This document shows, piece after piece, positions 22,605 through 31,644 of a stretch of 64,000 nucleotides of DNA. A program made the position numbers and the translations under genes. Under the pieces are notes generated by a model. It made no database searches, was not told the origin of the DNA, and saw nothing but the letters and a program-made list of their open reading frames with translations. Numbering within the stretch: the stretch's first letter is position 1; the number at the start of each line of letters is the position of its first letter. The stretch is from Deltaproteobacteria bacterium (GTDB lineage: Bacteria > Myxococcota > Kuafuiibacteriia > Kuafuiibacteriales > Kuafuiibacteriaceae), in assembly GCA_040218735.1 (NCBI GenBank), contig JAVJQW010000049.1:64001-128000 (forward strand), in the 5' to 3' direction.

Positions 22605-22930
22605 GCGGCTTCGATCTCGAGCGACACGTCACGCGGGCGCTCGCCGAAGTGCTGCGTTCGCGGCTCGGCGCGGCGCCGATGCCGGGGCGCGTGGTCGTCG
22701 CGATCGAAGCGGTCGAGGCGGGGCTGTGGTTCTTCGAGATCGAGGGGAGCGGGGCGCGGCTCGTCGGGGAGGTGACGCCGATCGACGCGACGCTCCGCGC
22801 GCATCGTCTGGACTGGGTCGATCTGTTCGAGGGCGTGGCGTCGATGAAGGCCGCGCTGGTCGACGGGCGGCTGGAGCTCGAAGGGGACGTCGCGGTCGCG
22901 AGCCGCGTGTGCCGCGCGATCTTCGACTGA
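22601..22930 (+). CDS. SCP2 sterol-binding domain protein
   Basis: DATLR...DW..LF.G...ALVDGRLELEGD signature; ATGA coupling. Confidence 0.7.
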   Translation: MSGFDLERHVTRALAEVLRSRLGAAPMPGRVVVAIEAVEAGLWFFEIEGSGARLVGEVTPIDATLRAHRLDWVDLFEGVASMKAALVDGRLELEGDVAVASRVCRAIFD

Positions 22931-22935
22931 CGCCC

Positions 22936-22976
22936 AAAAGAAAGAGCGCCCCTCGCCGACGCGGCGAGGAGCGCTC
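22936..22976 (-). terminator. Rho-independent terminator for 23090..24367 (possibly bidirectional)
   Basis: Stem GAGCGC-C-CCTCGCCG / CGGCGAGG-A-GCGCTC preceded on + by AAAAGAAA (U-tract on minus strand). Confidence 0.7.
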
Positions 22977-23089
22977 GTTCAGATCAAGGCTTGCGTGGGG
23001 CTAGGCTGAGGCCGGTCGCGAGAGCGACCGGTCCGAGGCCTGTGCCTAGGGCCTCCGCGTAGCGGAGGTGGCGTGAAAGGCCTAGCGCT

Positions 23090-24367
23090 TCACGCGGGCG
23101 GGTTGAGCGCGTCGATCGAACGCTCGGTGCGGTCGAGGTCGCCGCCGAAGGTGCGCATCAGCGCGCGGTGCACGTCCTGACGCTGGTCGGTGCAGATGAA
23201 GCCGCGCTCCGCCGTACGGCCGCGCGACAGGTAACGGCTGACCGCCGCGTACGTCGTGCGGATGGCCGTGGCCTCCGCCTGGTTGCCCTGGGCCTCCTGA
23301 GCCGACGCGCGGCGCTCGACGTCGCGCGGGCCGTTGATGCTGCGGCGACCGCCGTCGTAGAGGAGCTCCATCGCGTAGGCGACCTTCGACGCAAACGCCG
23401 CTTCGCTGCGGAAGTTGGCGGACGTGTCGATGTCGTTGATGCGCTGCATCCGGGTGCCGGTCAGGAGCGCGTCGGCGTTCGAGCTGTCGGAGCGCGCCGA
23501 AGCGATCTCGTCACGCGTCAGGTAGCCCTTGTCGCCGGCGCGGCGCTCGTAGATGCCGTTGAGGTCCTTCTCGAGCTTCGCGAGGTTCGCCGCCGTCGGG
23601 ACGAACGCGAGGACGCCGTTCGACGTGGACTGGTTGCGGTGCGCGCCGTAGCGGGCGGCCTGCAGGAGCACCTGGACGATCGAGTCGGAGATGCCGTTCG
23701 CGGACATCGTGCGCTCGAGCGAGCCGGGCTGGCCGCCCTCGGACGCGAAGGTCACGACCTCACGCATCTGACGCGTCCAGCGGGTCTCGCTGTTCGAGGC
23801 GGGCTCGAGCGTGGTCGCCTTCGCGAGGAGCGCGACGATCGCCTTGTTGGCCGAGCGGATGTCGTCCAGCGTCTTGGCGCCGGCCGGAATCGACGGGGCC
23901 ACCGGAGCGGTCGGCGCGGTCGGGGCGGCGGGGGCGCTCGGCGCGGTCTGGCCGGCGTTGCTGCTGGGGCGGCTCGGCTTGCTCGAGGAGCCCGGGGCGC
24001 CGTCGGTCGCGTGGAAGCGGCCCATCTGCTGCAGGAAGTAGTCGCGCGACTTCGTGGACGTGAAGTCGACCGCGCGCTCCTTCTTGCCCGTGACCTCCAT
24101 GGACACGTTCTGGCGCATGTCGTCCGCCTTCACGTAGAGCGGGCGGAGCGCGGCGGCCTCGGCCTTCGACCAGCGGCGGGCGCCGGGCGTGACGGCGCGG
24201 TCACGGAGCTGCGGGGCGCGGACGAGCTCGTCCGTGTCCTTCTCGCTCCAGCCGCCGCGGAGGTTGTTGTACGTGAGTGTCGCGACGCTCTTGTCCGCGC
24301 GAGCGCTCTCGAACTGGGGGTTCGCGGCGCCGATTTGAGTCTTGACGGTGGTCGTGCTGAAAGCCAT
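23090..24367 (-). CDS. Hypothetical protein, two domains joined by a Pro/Ala/Ser linker
   Basis: Strong GC3 codon bias; purine-rich RBS region (GAGGAG); no signal peptide; no recognised family. Confidence 0.7.
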   Translation of the reverse strand: MAFSTTTVKTQIGAANPQFESARADKSVATLTYNNLRGGWSEKDTDELVRAPQLRDRAVTPGARRWSKAEAAALRPLYVKADDMRQNVSMEVTGKKERAVDFTSTKSRDYFLQQMGRFHATDGAPGSSSKPSRPSSNAGQTAPSAPAAPTAPTAPVAPSIPAGAKTLDDIRSANKAIVALLAKATTLEPASNSETRWTRQMREVVTFASEGGQPGSLERTMSANGISDSIVQVLLQAARYGAHRNQSTSNGVLAFVPTAANLAKLEKDLNGIYERRAGDKGYLTRDEIASARSDSSNADALLTGTRMQRINDIDTSANFRSEAAFASKVAYAMELLYDGGRRSINGPRDVERRASAQEAQGNQAEATAIRTTYAAVSRYLSRGRTAERGFICTDQRQDVHRALMRTFGGDLDRTERSIDALNPPA

Positions 24368-24447
24368 TTCTTCGTCTCCTCAGGGCGATTGAGCCCTGTT
24401 CCTCCTGGCACTTGAGCAGACGGTGCGTCCTCGGCGTGCCTGATAGC

Positions 24448-24559
24448 GTTCGGTGCAATGTTCGGTGCAACTGTCGGTAGGAGACTTACTTGCTCCCACC
24501 TTGCAGGGATATGTATCGCGGGGTGAGACAATTTGTTGTGTGACAGAACACGTCACACA
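24448..24559. promoter_or_regulatory. Candidate regulatory sites in a divergent promoter region
   Basis: Direct repeat GTTCGGTGCAA at 24448 and 24460; inverted repeat TGTGTGAC-N7-GTCACACA at 24537-24559; lower GC than coding DNA. Confidence 0.45.
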
Positions 24560-24665
24560 GGGTCCGTGTTCAGGAAGTCACAGGAAACGCTCGGGTTTCC
24601 TCCACCAAAAAAATTTGGGCGCCCTACGGACGAACCCCGCAGCGGTTCCGCGCGATAATGTAGGC

Positions 24666-27600
24666 ATGCCGCGCCCGGGCCCCAACGCGCCGCTCTCGTG
24701 GCAGCGGCCGACCGTCCCGACGCGGTCGGAGGCCGAGGCGGTCACGTCCGGGGTCGAGACCGAGCTCCTCGAGCGCGTCGACGAGCTCAAGGAGCGCATC
24801 GGGACGGGGCAGGAGATGGGCGGGGAGGCGGGTGGCCCCGACGTCAACCTGCGCCGTGACGCGCTGTCGGCGCTCCGCGCGAAGTACGACGCGCAGGCGC
24901 TCGAAGCGCGGCTCCCCAAGCGGGGCCGCCGGGTGTTCACGAACCTCGTCAAGGACCTCGCGTGGATCGACGCCGCGGAGCGCCAGTCTTTGACCGACGG
25001 CAAGCCGTTCGACTTCTCGTGGTCGAAGAACCCGATGAGCACCGCCTCCGTGCTCACCCAACTCGCGGCCAAGCGCGCGACGTTCGCGGCCGAGCAGACG
25101 GCGGCCATCCAAGCCAACCCCGCGCTCCCCTACGATGCGAGCAACGACTCGCTCCTCGGGCCGCTCCAGGTCGACGACAAAAATCTCGCGGGGCAGATCC
25201 TCGCCGACACCCTCATTCAGTTCCGAGCCAAGCGCCGCAGCGAAGCGCTGATGGACCAGTCCCTCACGCCCGACCCGGAGCGCCGCTCGCAGGGGCGCAT
25301 CGGATCGTCGGGCACGGTCAGCGCGTTCGAGCAGCGCCTCGCCGCCCAGTCGATCGACTCGGGGCGCGGCCTCGCCCCGCAGCGGCTGTACGCGCTGGGG
25401 CGGCTGACGATCGGCGGGGCGGTCGCCGGCTCCGTCAACGGGATCTACAAGGGGCGCAACTCGGTCGGATCGTTGCCGGGGTTCATGGGGCGCGGCGTAG
25501 CGTACGACCCCGTCGCCGAGGGGGCGGGCTTTTCGGCCAACTTCCACGACGCCATCCACAAGAGCTACTCCGCGAACACCCCGGCGGCGGTCGAGCACTA
25601 CGTCAAACACCGCGCGTTCACGGGCGGCGACGTCGAGGACCGCCCGTTCATCATGCGCGACCTCGTCGATGCGGCGCTCGAGCGCGACGTCGACAAGGCG
25701 CGTTTGATCCTGGACGGCGTCGAGCGCCGCTTCGGCTACACGGTGCCGGGCCTCGACGGCATCACGAAACACGAGGACCTGAAGAAGGCGATCGCGAAGC
25801 ACTTCAAGAAGAACACGGATCTCCCCGGCCTCAAGACCGCGAAGCTCGTCGGCGTCCTCAAGGCGCTCTCGCTGATCTCGACGACGTACCAGGCCATCGT
25901 GCTCGACCGGCCCACGGTGCGTGAGCTGCGTGGGTCGATGTTCTTCGCGAAGAGCGCCGAGCTCGACGTCGCGCGGCTCGTCGCCGCGATGGAGAAGGGC
26001 GACACCACGGCGCAGATCGAAGCGGTCGGGCGCGCGCGCAAAGCGCTGAAGAAGGCGTTCTTCGAGCTCGACGACGGCTACGAACGGCAGATGCTGTGGC
26101 GCCTCGATCGTCGCATCGAGCTGCTCGCGACGGAGCTGATCGGCACCTCCGTCGACCGCGTGCTCTCGGGGGAGGCGGACGTCGGCGAGGCCCTCGTCGC
26201 GCTCCGCTCCGCGCTCCGCAACGTCAACGCGAGCGGCTACGACGCGCTCCGCGGACGCAAGAAGACGGCGCCGGTCGAGGACCTGTCGAAGCTCGAGAAG
26301 GAGGTCGACCGCCTGATCGGCTCCGGCGAGACAACCGTCGAGGACCTCCGGGCGCTGATGACGAAGGTCTTTGCGTCGGCGACCGAAGTGACGGACGCGA
26401 TGTCGATCTACTTCGCGCGCCGGGAGTCGGCGATTCGGTTCTCGCCCATCGACGTCGAGCTCGACCCGGACTTCACGGGCAACCTCGTGAAGGAGTCGCC
26501 GCTGCAGCACCTCCTCAGCCTGTCGAACCACCTGCGCACGCTCGACATGAAGACGGACATCAGCGCCGAGCAGATCCGCTTCGTCGGCGGGATGCGGGTG
26601 CTGAACTCCACGGGGCCGCGCGTCTACAAACGCATCCTCGTCGCGAAGACCCCTGAGGCGCTCAAGCGCTACGCGCCGACCGTCGACGACCTGTGCGTCG
26701 TGCGCTCCGCCGACGAGAAGAACCTCGTGTACGACGGCGGCCTCGTGCTCGACACCAAGGACGCCGGACCGGGCCTCGCGCACGCCGCGGTGTTCGCGAA
26801 GGGGCACGGCATCAACGCGATCGCGCTGCCGAACCTCGACGAGGCGATCGAGACGTTCTTCGACAAGGCGAAGGGCGACGGACCGCACCTCGGCTTCTAC
26901 GTCGACCCGCGCGCCGAGAGCTTCGTGATCAAGCCGCTCTCCGCTGCGGTGAACGAGGGTCTGGTGAAGCCGGCGCAGATCGACACACTTCGCCCGGGGT
27001 TCAACCTGGAGATCGACGTGTTCGACGTGAACGACGCCGCCGAGCGCGTGCGGATCGCGGAGCACACGCTGCACCGCTCCGACCAGCACGAGACCCGGAG
27101 CATCGAGCTCATCGCGCCGGACCTCGACGACGCGCTCGACCTCGGCGGACCCGCGTCGTTTTCGAAGCTCGGCGCTTTCTCGATCGATCAGGTGCGGCAG
27201 GTGAGCGGGGAGAAGGGCGCGGTGCTCGTGGACCTCGCGAAGTCGGAGCGTCTGAAGGCGCTCGGCGTGAAGGTCCCGGACGGCGGCTCGGTCCCGCCGT
27301 TCTCCGTGGCTTCGTTGCTGCTCGAGGCGAAGGTCGGATCGAAGTCGCTCCTCGAGCTGTGGGACGCGGCGCCGGCGCGCGCTGGGTTCGACGATCCGAA
27401 GAAACGCCCGACGCAGCTGAAGAACCTGAAGAAGACCACCGCGACCGCGCTGAAGGGCGCGTTGCTCGACGGCAACAACCCCACCGCGCTGGGGCAACGC
27501 ATGCTCGCCCAGCTCTCGGACGCCCTGGATCTGAAGGACACCGACGACTGGATCTTCCGTTCGAGCTTCACCGCGGAGGACCGCCCCAACAAGAGCGGCG

Positions 27601-28130
27601 CCGGTCAGTACGACTCCGTGCTCGTCGCCGCGAAGCCGAAGCGCACCCTCGCCAAGCGCCGCCTGGAGGCGATCGCCGACGTGATCGCTTCGGCCTGGAA
27701 CCCCTCCGCGGTCGAGAGCAACCTCGCCGCGAACGTTCCGTTGGATCTCGTGTGGCCGAGCATCGTCGTGCAGCACGCGATCGACGACCCAACGGTGAGC
27801 GGCGTCGGTGTGTCGCGCGGCGCGACGGGGGGCTTCGGGGAGGTGAGCTACCAGGCCACCCCCGAGTTCGGCGGCGGCGTGGCCGGCGGTGACTGTGAAG
27901 AGGGCACCCTCGGAGCGCGGGACCAACGTGTCCTGACCGGCTTCGGCGGGCAGGACACGTCACTCCTCACGCCGAAGCAGCAGGGGCTGCTGCGCGACGC
28001 GATCCTCGCCATCGAGGAGGACTTCCACGAACGCATCGAGCCGGGGCAGGGACACGCGGTCGACGTGGAGTGGGCGTTCGTGAAGGACCAGCTCTACATC
28101 CTACAGGCGCGCGTCATCACCGGCGTGTAA
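24666..28130 (+). CDS. PEP-synthase/PPDK-superfamily dikinase-like protein (unknown N-terminal domain, phospho-His domain, C-terminal ATP-grasp)
   Basis: GLAHAAVFAKGHGI (His swivel domain); GEKG, RSS..AED..SGAGQYDS, VVQ, DVEWA, LYILQAR (nucleotide-binding domain). Confidence 0.8.
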   Translation: MPRPGPNAPLSWQRPTVPTRSEAEAVTSGVETELLERVDELKERIGTGQEMGGEAGGPDVNLRRDALSALRAKYDAQALEARLPKRGRRVFTNLVKDLAWIDAAERQSLTDGKPFDFSWSKNPMSTASVLTQLAAKRATFAAEQTAAIQANPALPYDASNDSLLGPLQVDDKNLAGQILADTLIQFRAKRRSEALMDQSLTPDPERRSQGRIGSSGTVSAFEQRLAAQSIDSGRGLAPQRLYALGRLTIGGAVAGSVNGIYKGRNSVGSLPGFMGRGVAYDPVAEGAGFSANFHDAIHKSYSANTPAAVEHYVKHRAFTGGDVEDRPFIMRDLVDAALERDVDKARLILDGVERRFGYTVPGLDGITKHEDLKKAIAKHFKKNTDLPGLKTAKLVGVLKALSLISTTYQAIVLDRPTVRELRGSMFFAKSAELDVARLVAAMEKGDTTAQIEAVGRARKALKKAFFELDDGYERQMLWRLDRRIELLATELIGTSVDRVLSGEADVGEALVALRSALRNVNASGYDALRGRKKTAPVEDLSKLEKEVDRLIGSGETTVEDLRALMTKVFASATEVTDAMSIYFARRESAIRFSPIDVELDPDFTGNLVKESPLQHLLSLSNHLRTLDMKTDISAEQIRFVGGMRVLNSTGPRVYKRILVAKTPEALKRYAPTVDDLCVVRSADEKNLVYDGGLVLDTKDAGPGLAHAAVFAKGHGINAIALPNLDEAIETFFDKAKGDGPHLGFYVDPRAESFVIKPLSAAVNEGLVKPAQIDTLRPGFNLEIDVFDVNDAAERVRIAEHTLHRSDQHETRSIELIAPDLDDALDLGGPASFSKLGAFSIDQVRQVSGEKGAVLVDLAKSERLKALGVKVPDGGSVPPFSVASLLLEAKVGSKSLLELWDAAPARAGFDDPKKRPTQLKNLKKTTATALKGALLDGNNPTALGQRMLAQLSDALDLKDTDDWIFRSSFTAEDRPNKSGAGQYDSVLVAAKPKRTLAKRRLEAIADVIASAWNPSAVESNLAANVPLDLVWPSIVVQHAIDDPTVSGVGVSRGATGGFGEVSYQATPEFGGGVAGGDCEEGTLGARDQRVLTGFGGQDTSLLTPKQQGLLRDAILAIEEDFHERIEPGQGHAVDVEWAFVKDQLYILQARVITGV

Positions 28131-28139
28131 GCTCGGTGG

Positions 28140-29222
28140 GTGACCGAGCCGATCAACCTGCTGGAGCTGGAAGCGCTCGCGAAGAAGAAGCTCGCGCAGA
28201 ACGCGTTCGACTACTACGTCAGCGGCGCGCACGACGAGATCACCCTGCGCAACAACCGCGCGGCGTTCGATCGAATCGAGCTGATGTACCGCGTGCTCGT
28301 CGACGTCTCGACGCGTTCATTGGCGACGACCGCGTTGGGCCTGCCGATCGCGTTCCCGGTGATTGTCGCGCCGACGGCGTTCCACCGGATGGCGTGCGCC
28401 GACGGTGAGCTCGCGACCGCGCGCGCCGCGTCGAACGCGGGCACGGTCATGATCCTCAGCTCGCTGTCGAACACCCGCGTCGAGGAGGTCTGCGCCGAAG
28501 CCGATGGCCCGGTGTTCTTCCAGCAGTACATCTACAGGGACCGCGGCGCGACGAAGGCGCTGATGGAGCGCGCGGAGGCGGCGGGGGCGAAGGCGTTCGT
28601 CATCACCGTCGACGCCCCGAAGCTCGGCACCCGCGAGCGCGACGTGCGCAATCGCTTCCACCTCCCCGAGGGGCTCTCCGTCGAGAACATGGTCGCGGAG
28701 GGCTACGGCGAGGTCGCGGCCCCGCCGAACGACTCGGGGCTGTCGGCGTACTTCGCGTCGCTGATCGATCCGTCGTTTTCGTGGAAGGACCTCGACTGGC
28801 TGCGCTCGGTGACGTCGCTGCCGATCGTCCTCAAGGGGATCGTCCGCGAGGACGACGCAAAGCGCGCCGCCGAAGCGGGTGTGCAGGGCATCGTCGTCTC
28901 GAACCACGGCGGCCGACAGCTCGACACCTCCATCGCGACCATCGACGCGCTCCCCGGCGTGGTCGACGCCGTCGAGGGACGCGTGGAGGTCTTCATGGAC
29001 GGTGGCGTCCGCCGCGGTACGGACGTCCTCAAGGCGCTCGCCTTCGGCGCGCGCGCGGTGTTGATCGGGCGACCGATCCTCTGGGGCCTCGGCTACGCCG
29101 GTGAGGCGGGCGCGTCGCGCGCGCTCGAGATGCTGAAGGAGGAGCTCGACCTCGCGATGATGCTCGCCGGCGCGCCGACGGTCGCCGACGTCACCCGCGA
29201 TCTCATCCGCGTTTCTTCGTGA
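28140..29222 (+). CDS. FMN-dependent alpha-hydroxy acid oxidase/dehydrogenase
   Basis: SNHGGRQLD, DGGVRRGTDVLKALA, TVD. Confidence 0.92.
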   Translation: MTEPINLLELEALAKKKLAQNAFDYYVSGAHDEITLRNNRAAFDRIELMYRVLVDVSTRSLATTALGLPIAFPVIVAPTAFHRMACADGELATARAASNAGTVMILSSLSNTRVEEVCAEADGPVFFQQYIYRDRGATKALMERAEAAGAKAFVITVDAPKLGTRERDVRNRFHLPEGLSVENMVAEGYGEVAAPPNDSGLSAYFASLIDPSFSWKDLDWLRSVTSLPIVLKGIVREDDAKRAAEAGVQGIVVSNHGGRQLDTSIATIDALPGVVDAVEGRVEVFMDGGVRRGTDVLKALAFGARAVLIGRPILWGLGYAGEAGASRALEMLKEELDLAMMLAGAPTVADVTRDLIRVSS

Positions 29223-29676
29223 ACGCGGCGAGGCCCTTCATCGCCTGACCGCGCACCTTGTTCTGTACGATCGGGCTCCAGCCGAGGAGCACACCCATGG
29301 GGCCGAGCGCCATGCGCGTCCACGCCCACATGTCGAACGTGTCGCGGTGCACCTTGATGAGGCCGTCCTCGATCTCGAAGCGCGCGTCGATCTTGTTGTG
29401 CACGAAGCGCCCGGTCGCGGAGAACGTGTACTTCGCCTCCCAGTGCGCGGTGACGATGCGTTCGCTCGCAACGACGTCGGAGTGGGTGACGACGAGATCC
29501 TTCCCGCGCTCGACGAGCATCCGCCACATGTTGCGAGCGCCCGCACCGTCGAGGTTCGTGAAGACCGGGTCCGAGAACTTCGCGTCGTCGCGGTAACACG
29601 ACGCCATCGTCTCGGCGTCCTTGTTCGCAAACGCTTCGTAGAATTTGTGGATCAGCTGCGCGTGGTCCGACGACAT
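29203..29676 (-). CDS. SnoaL-like/NTF2 family protein
   Basis: FYEAF...Y..DA.FSDPVF, W.A.Y.F, HRD.FD. Confidence 0.85.
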   Translation of the reverse strand: MSSDHAQLIHKFYEAFANKDAETMASCYRDDAKFSDPVFTNLDGAGARNMWRMLVERGKDLVVTHSDVVASERIVTAHWEAKYTFSATGRFVHNKIDARFEIEDGLIKVHRDTFDMWAWTRMALGPMGVLLGWSPIVQNKVRGQAMKGLAAFTKKRG

Positions 29677-29685
29677 GCCGGGCCT

Positions 29686-31182
29686 CTATAGCCAGCGTTC
29701 CGCGAAGTGTGAAGCGAGGCCCATGATCGTGTGCTGCGGGTTCACGCCGAGGTTCGTCGGAATCACCGACGCGTCCGCGACGTACAGGCCCTCGCAGTCG
29801 AAGACCTTGCCCGTCGCGTCGCACACGCCGCTCGAACGGTCGCGCCCCATCGCGCAGCCCCCGAACAAGTGGGACAGGATGGCCACGTAGGATCGCGGCT
29901 CGAGCGGCGCGTCGAGGAGTGTGTCGAGCTCGTCCGGTCCGATGTCGTACGCGAACCCGTGGATGAACGGCACCACGCGCTTCGCGCCGGCCGAGAAGTG
30001 CATCGACGCGACGAAGTGGATCCCGCGCCGCAGCCGCTCCATGTCGGCGCGGTCGAGTGTGTACTTCACGACCGGCTTGTCGAACATCCCGTTCGACACC
30101 GTGCCCGTCGACTCCGCGCGCACCGCGTGGACCCACATCGCCATGTGCCGGTACTCGGCGAGGCGGGCCATGAGCTTCTTGCCGCCGCCGCCGACACGCG
30201 ACGCCACGAGCTCCGGGGGGATGGAGAGCGTCTCGAGCTTGAGCCCCGGTGACTCGCGAAACTTCGTGCTCGCCCAGCCCTGCGTGGCGCCGATGTTCAT
30301 GTCCACGACCTCGTCGTAGAGCCCCATCACGCCCGTGCCGGGGTGCGCGCGGAAGTACTTGCCGAGCGCCGGGAGCTTCACGCCGGAGCGCTGGAGCAGG
30401 GCGGGGCTGTGCGTCGCCGAGGCCGCGATGACCACGCCGCGCTTGGCGCGCAGCTCGAAGGTCCCGCCGCGGCGTCGCGTCGAGGGGTGCTTGAAGCGGC
30501 CCGTCACGCCGACCGCGCGGCCCCCTTCGAAGCGAACACGTTTGACCGGCGCGCACGAGACGACGTGTCCGCCGCGCTCCATCACCTCCGGGATCCACGC
30601 GAGGTTCGTGCTCTGCTTGCGACCCTTCTTGCACCCCTGCAGGCACTGCCCGGTGCCTTCACAGTCCTTCGCGTAGCGGCGCATCACGTGGCCGCCGTAA
30701 CCGAGCCGTTCGTCCGCGAGGATCGCGAGCTCGTTGGAGCGCCCGAGCGAGGGCGGCGGCACCTCGTTCACCGACAGCTCCGACTCGATCCGGGTCTCGT
30801 GTTCGAGGACGTTGCGCTCGAACTCGGCGTCGCCGACGCCGTAGTCGTCGCGCCACTGCGCGAAGATGTCGCCGGGCGTGGTCACGGAGATCGCCGAGTT
30901 GATCACCGTCGTCCCGCCTACCGCGCTCGCCTGCACGACGGGCCACAGCGCACGCCCGCGCGTGATGGTGCTGCCCCAGTCGTCCATGAGGTCGCGCATC
31001 GCGCCGTACACCGAGACGGGGTAGTGGTCCGGGTCGCGCCACGCGCCGGCTTCGACGAGCACCACCGAAGCCCCGCCGCGCGCGAGGGTCAGCGCCGCGG
31101 CCGAGCCGCCGGCGCCGCTGCCGACGACGACGAAGTCCGCGTCGAGCTCGACGTCGCCGTCCGAATAGGCGGTGTGGCTCAT
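29686..31182 (-). CDS. GMC family oxidoreductase
   Basis: VVGSGAGG, GGTTVINS, C..GC, H.FGGC.MG, ADAS..PT..GVNP. Confidence 0.88.
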   Translation of the reverse strand: MSHTAYSDGDVELDADFVVVGSGAGGSAAALTLARGGASVVLVEAGAWRDPDHYPVSVYGAMRDLMDDWGSTITRGRALWPVVQASAVGGTTVINSAISVTTPGDIFAQWRDDYGVGDAEFERNVLEHETRIESELSVNEVPPPSLGRSNELAILADERLGYGGHVMRRYAKDCEGTGQCLQGCKKGRKQSTNLAWIPEVMERGGHVVSCAPVKRVRFEGGRAVGVTGRFKHPSTRRRGGTFELRAKRGVVIAASATHSPALLQRSGVKLPALGKYFRAHPGTGVMGLYDEVVDMNIGATQGWASTKFRESPGLKLETLSIPPELVASRVGGGGKKLMARLAEYRHMAMWVHAVRAESTGTVSNGMFDKPVVKYTLDRADMERLRRGIHFVASMHFSAGAKRVVPFIHGFAYDIGPDELDTLLDAPLEPRSYVAILSHLFGGCAMGRDRSSGVCDATGKVFDCEGLYVADASVIPTNLGVNPQHTIMGLASHFAERWL

Positions 31183-31610
31183 GTCGTCCGCCACCGCGGC
31201 GGGTCGGCCGGGTAGGGCTCGAGCGCGAGCCGCTCGCGCGTCGTCGCGTGCTGGCCCCAGCACAGGCCGCCGGCCATCTTCAGCAGGAACACCAGCTGCC
31301 GCACGAGGTACAGCCGATGGCCCGCGAGGCGGTCCGCGTGTCGGTCGAGGGTGTCCGCAGACAACCAGAACGACGGTACGGGTCGGTACACCGTGAACAG
31401 CGGCGTCACCGTGAACACGACCGCGCCCGCCACGATCCCGAGCCACATCAAACCCGACGCTTCACGTCGGTAACGGTCGACGAAGCCGTCGACGTCCATG
31501 CTCGCGATCCCGGGGAGCGCGTCAGACTCCGGAAAGAATGCGAGCAGCGCTCTCTTCACCAGCCAGCGCACGCCCCGTGATTCCTGACCGACTTGCGGGT
31601 CCTTTTCCAT
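31179..31610 (-). CDS. Hypothetical protein, probable small partner subunit of the GMC oxidoreductase
   Basis: ATGA coupling to the GMC gene; size and position typical of GMC accessory subunits; start uncertain. Confidence 0.55.
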   Translation of the reverse strand: MEKDPQVGQESRGVRWLVKRALLAFFPESDALPGIASMDVDGFVDRYRREASGLMWLGIVAGAVVFTVTPLFTVYRPVPSFWLSADTLDRHADRLAGHRLYLVRQLVFLLKMAGGLCWGQHATTRERLALEPYPADPPRWRTT

Positions 31611-31644
31611 CGGTCGTTCGAGAAAAAATTGACGACATCGACAG

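Noticed and set aside
23005-23080. CTGAGG...GAAA suggesting a hammerhead ribozyme
   Set aside because: The core is not CUGANGA and the stems do not give the hammerhead three-way junction.
24537-24559. CRP/FNR-type site
   Set aside because: TGTGA and TCACA are separated by 9 bp rather than 6; kept only as a generic inverted repeat.
24624-27926. 1100-aa minus-strand ORF and similar long antisense ORFs (e.g. 472..2154, 6395..8263, 53245..55386, 55444..57369)
   Set aside because: Antisense shadows of motif-bearing genes; Arg/Gly/Val-rich with no motifs, as expected in high-GC DNA.
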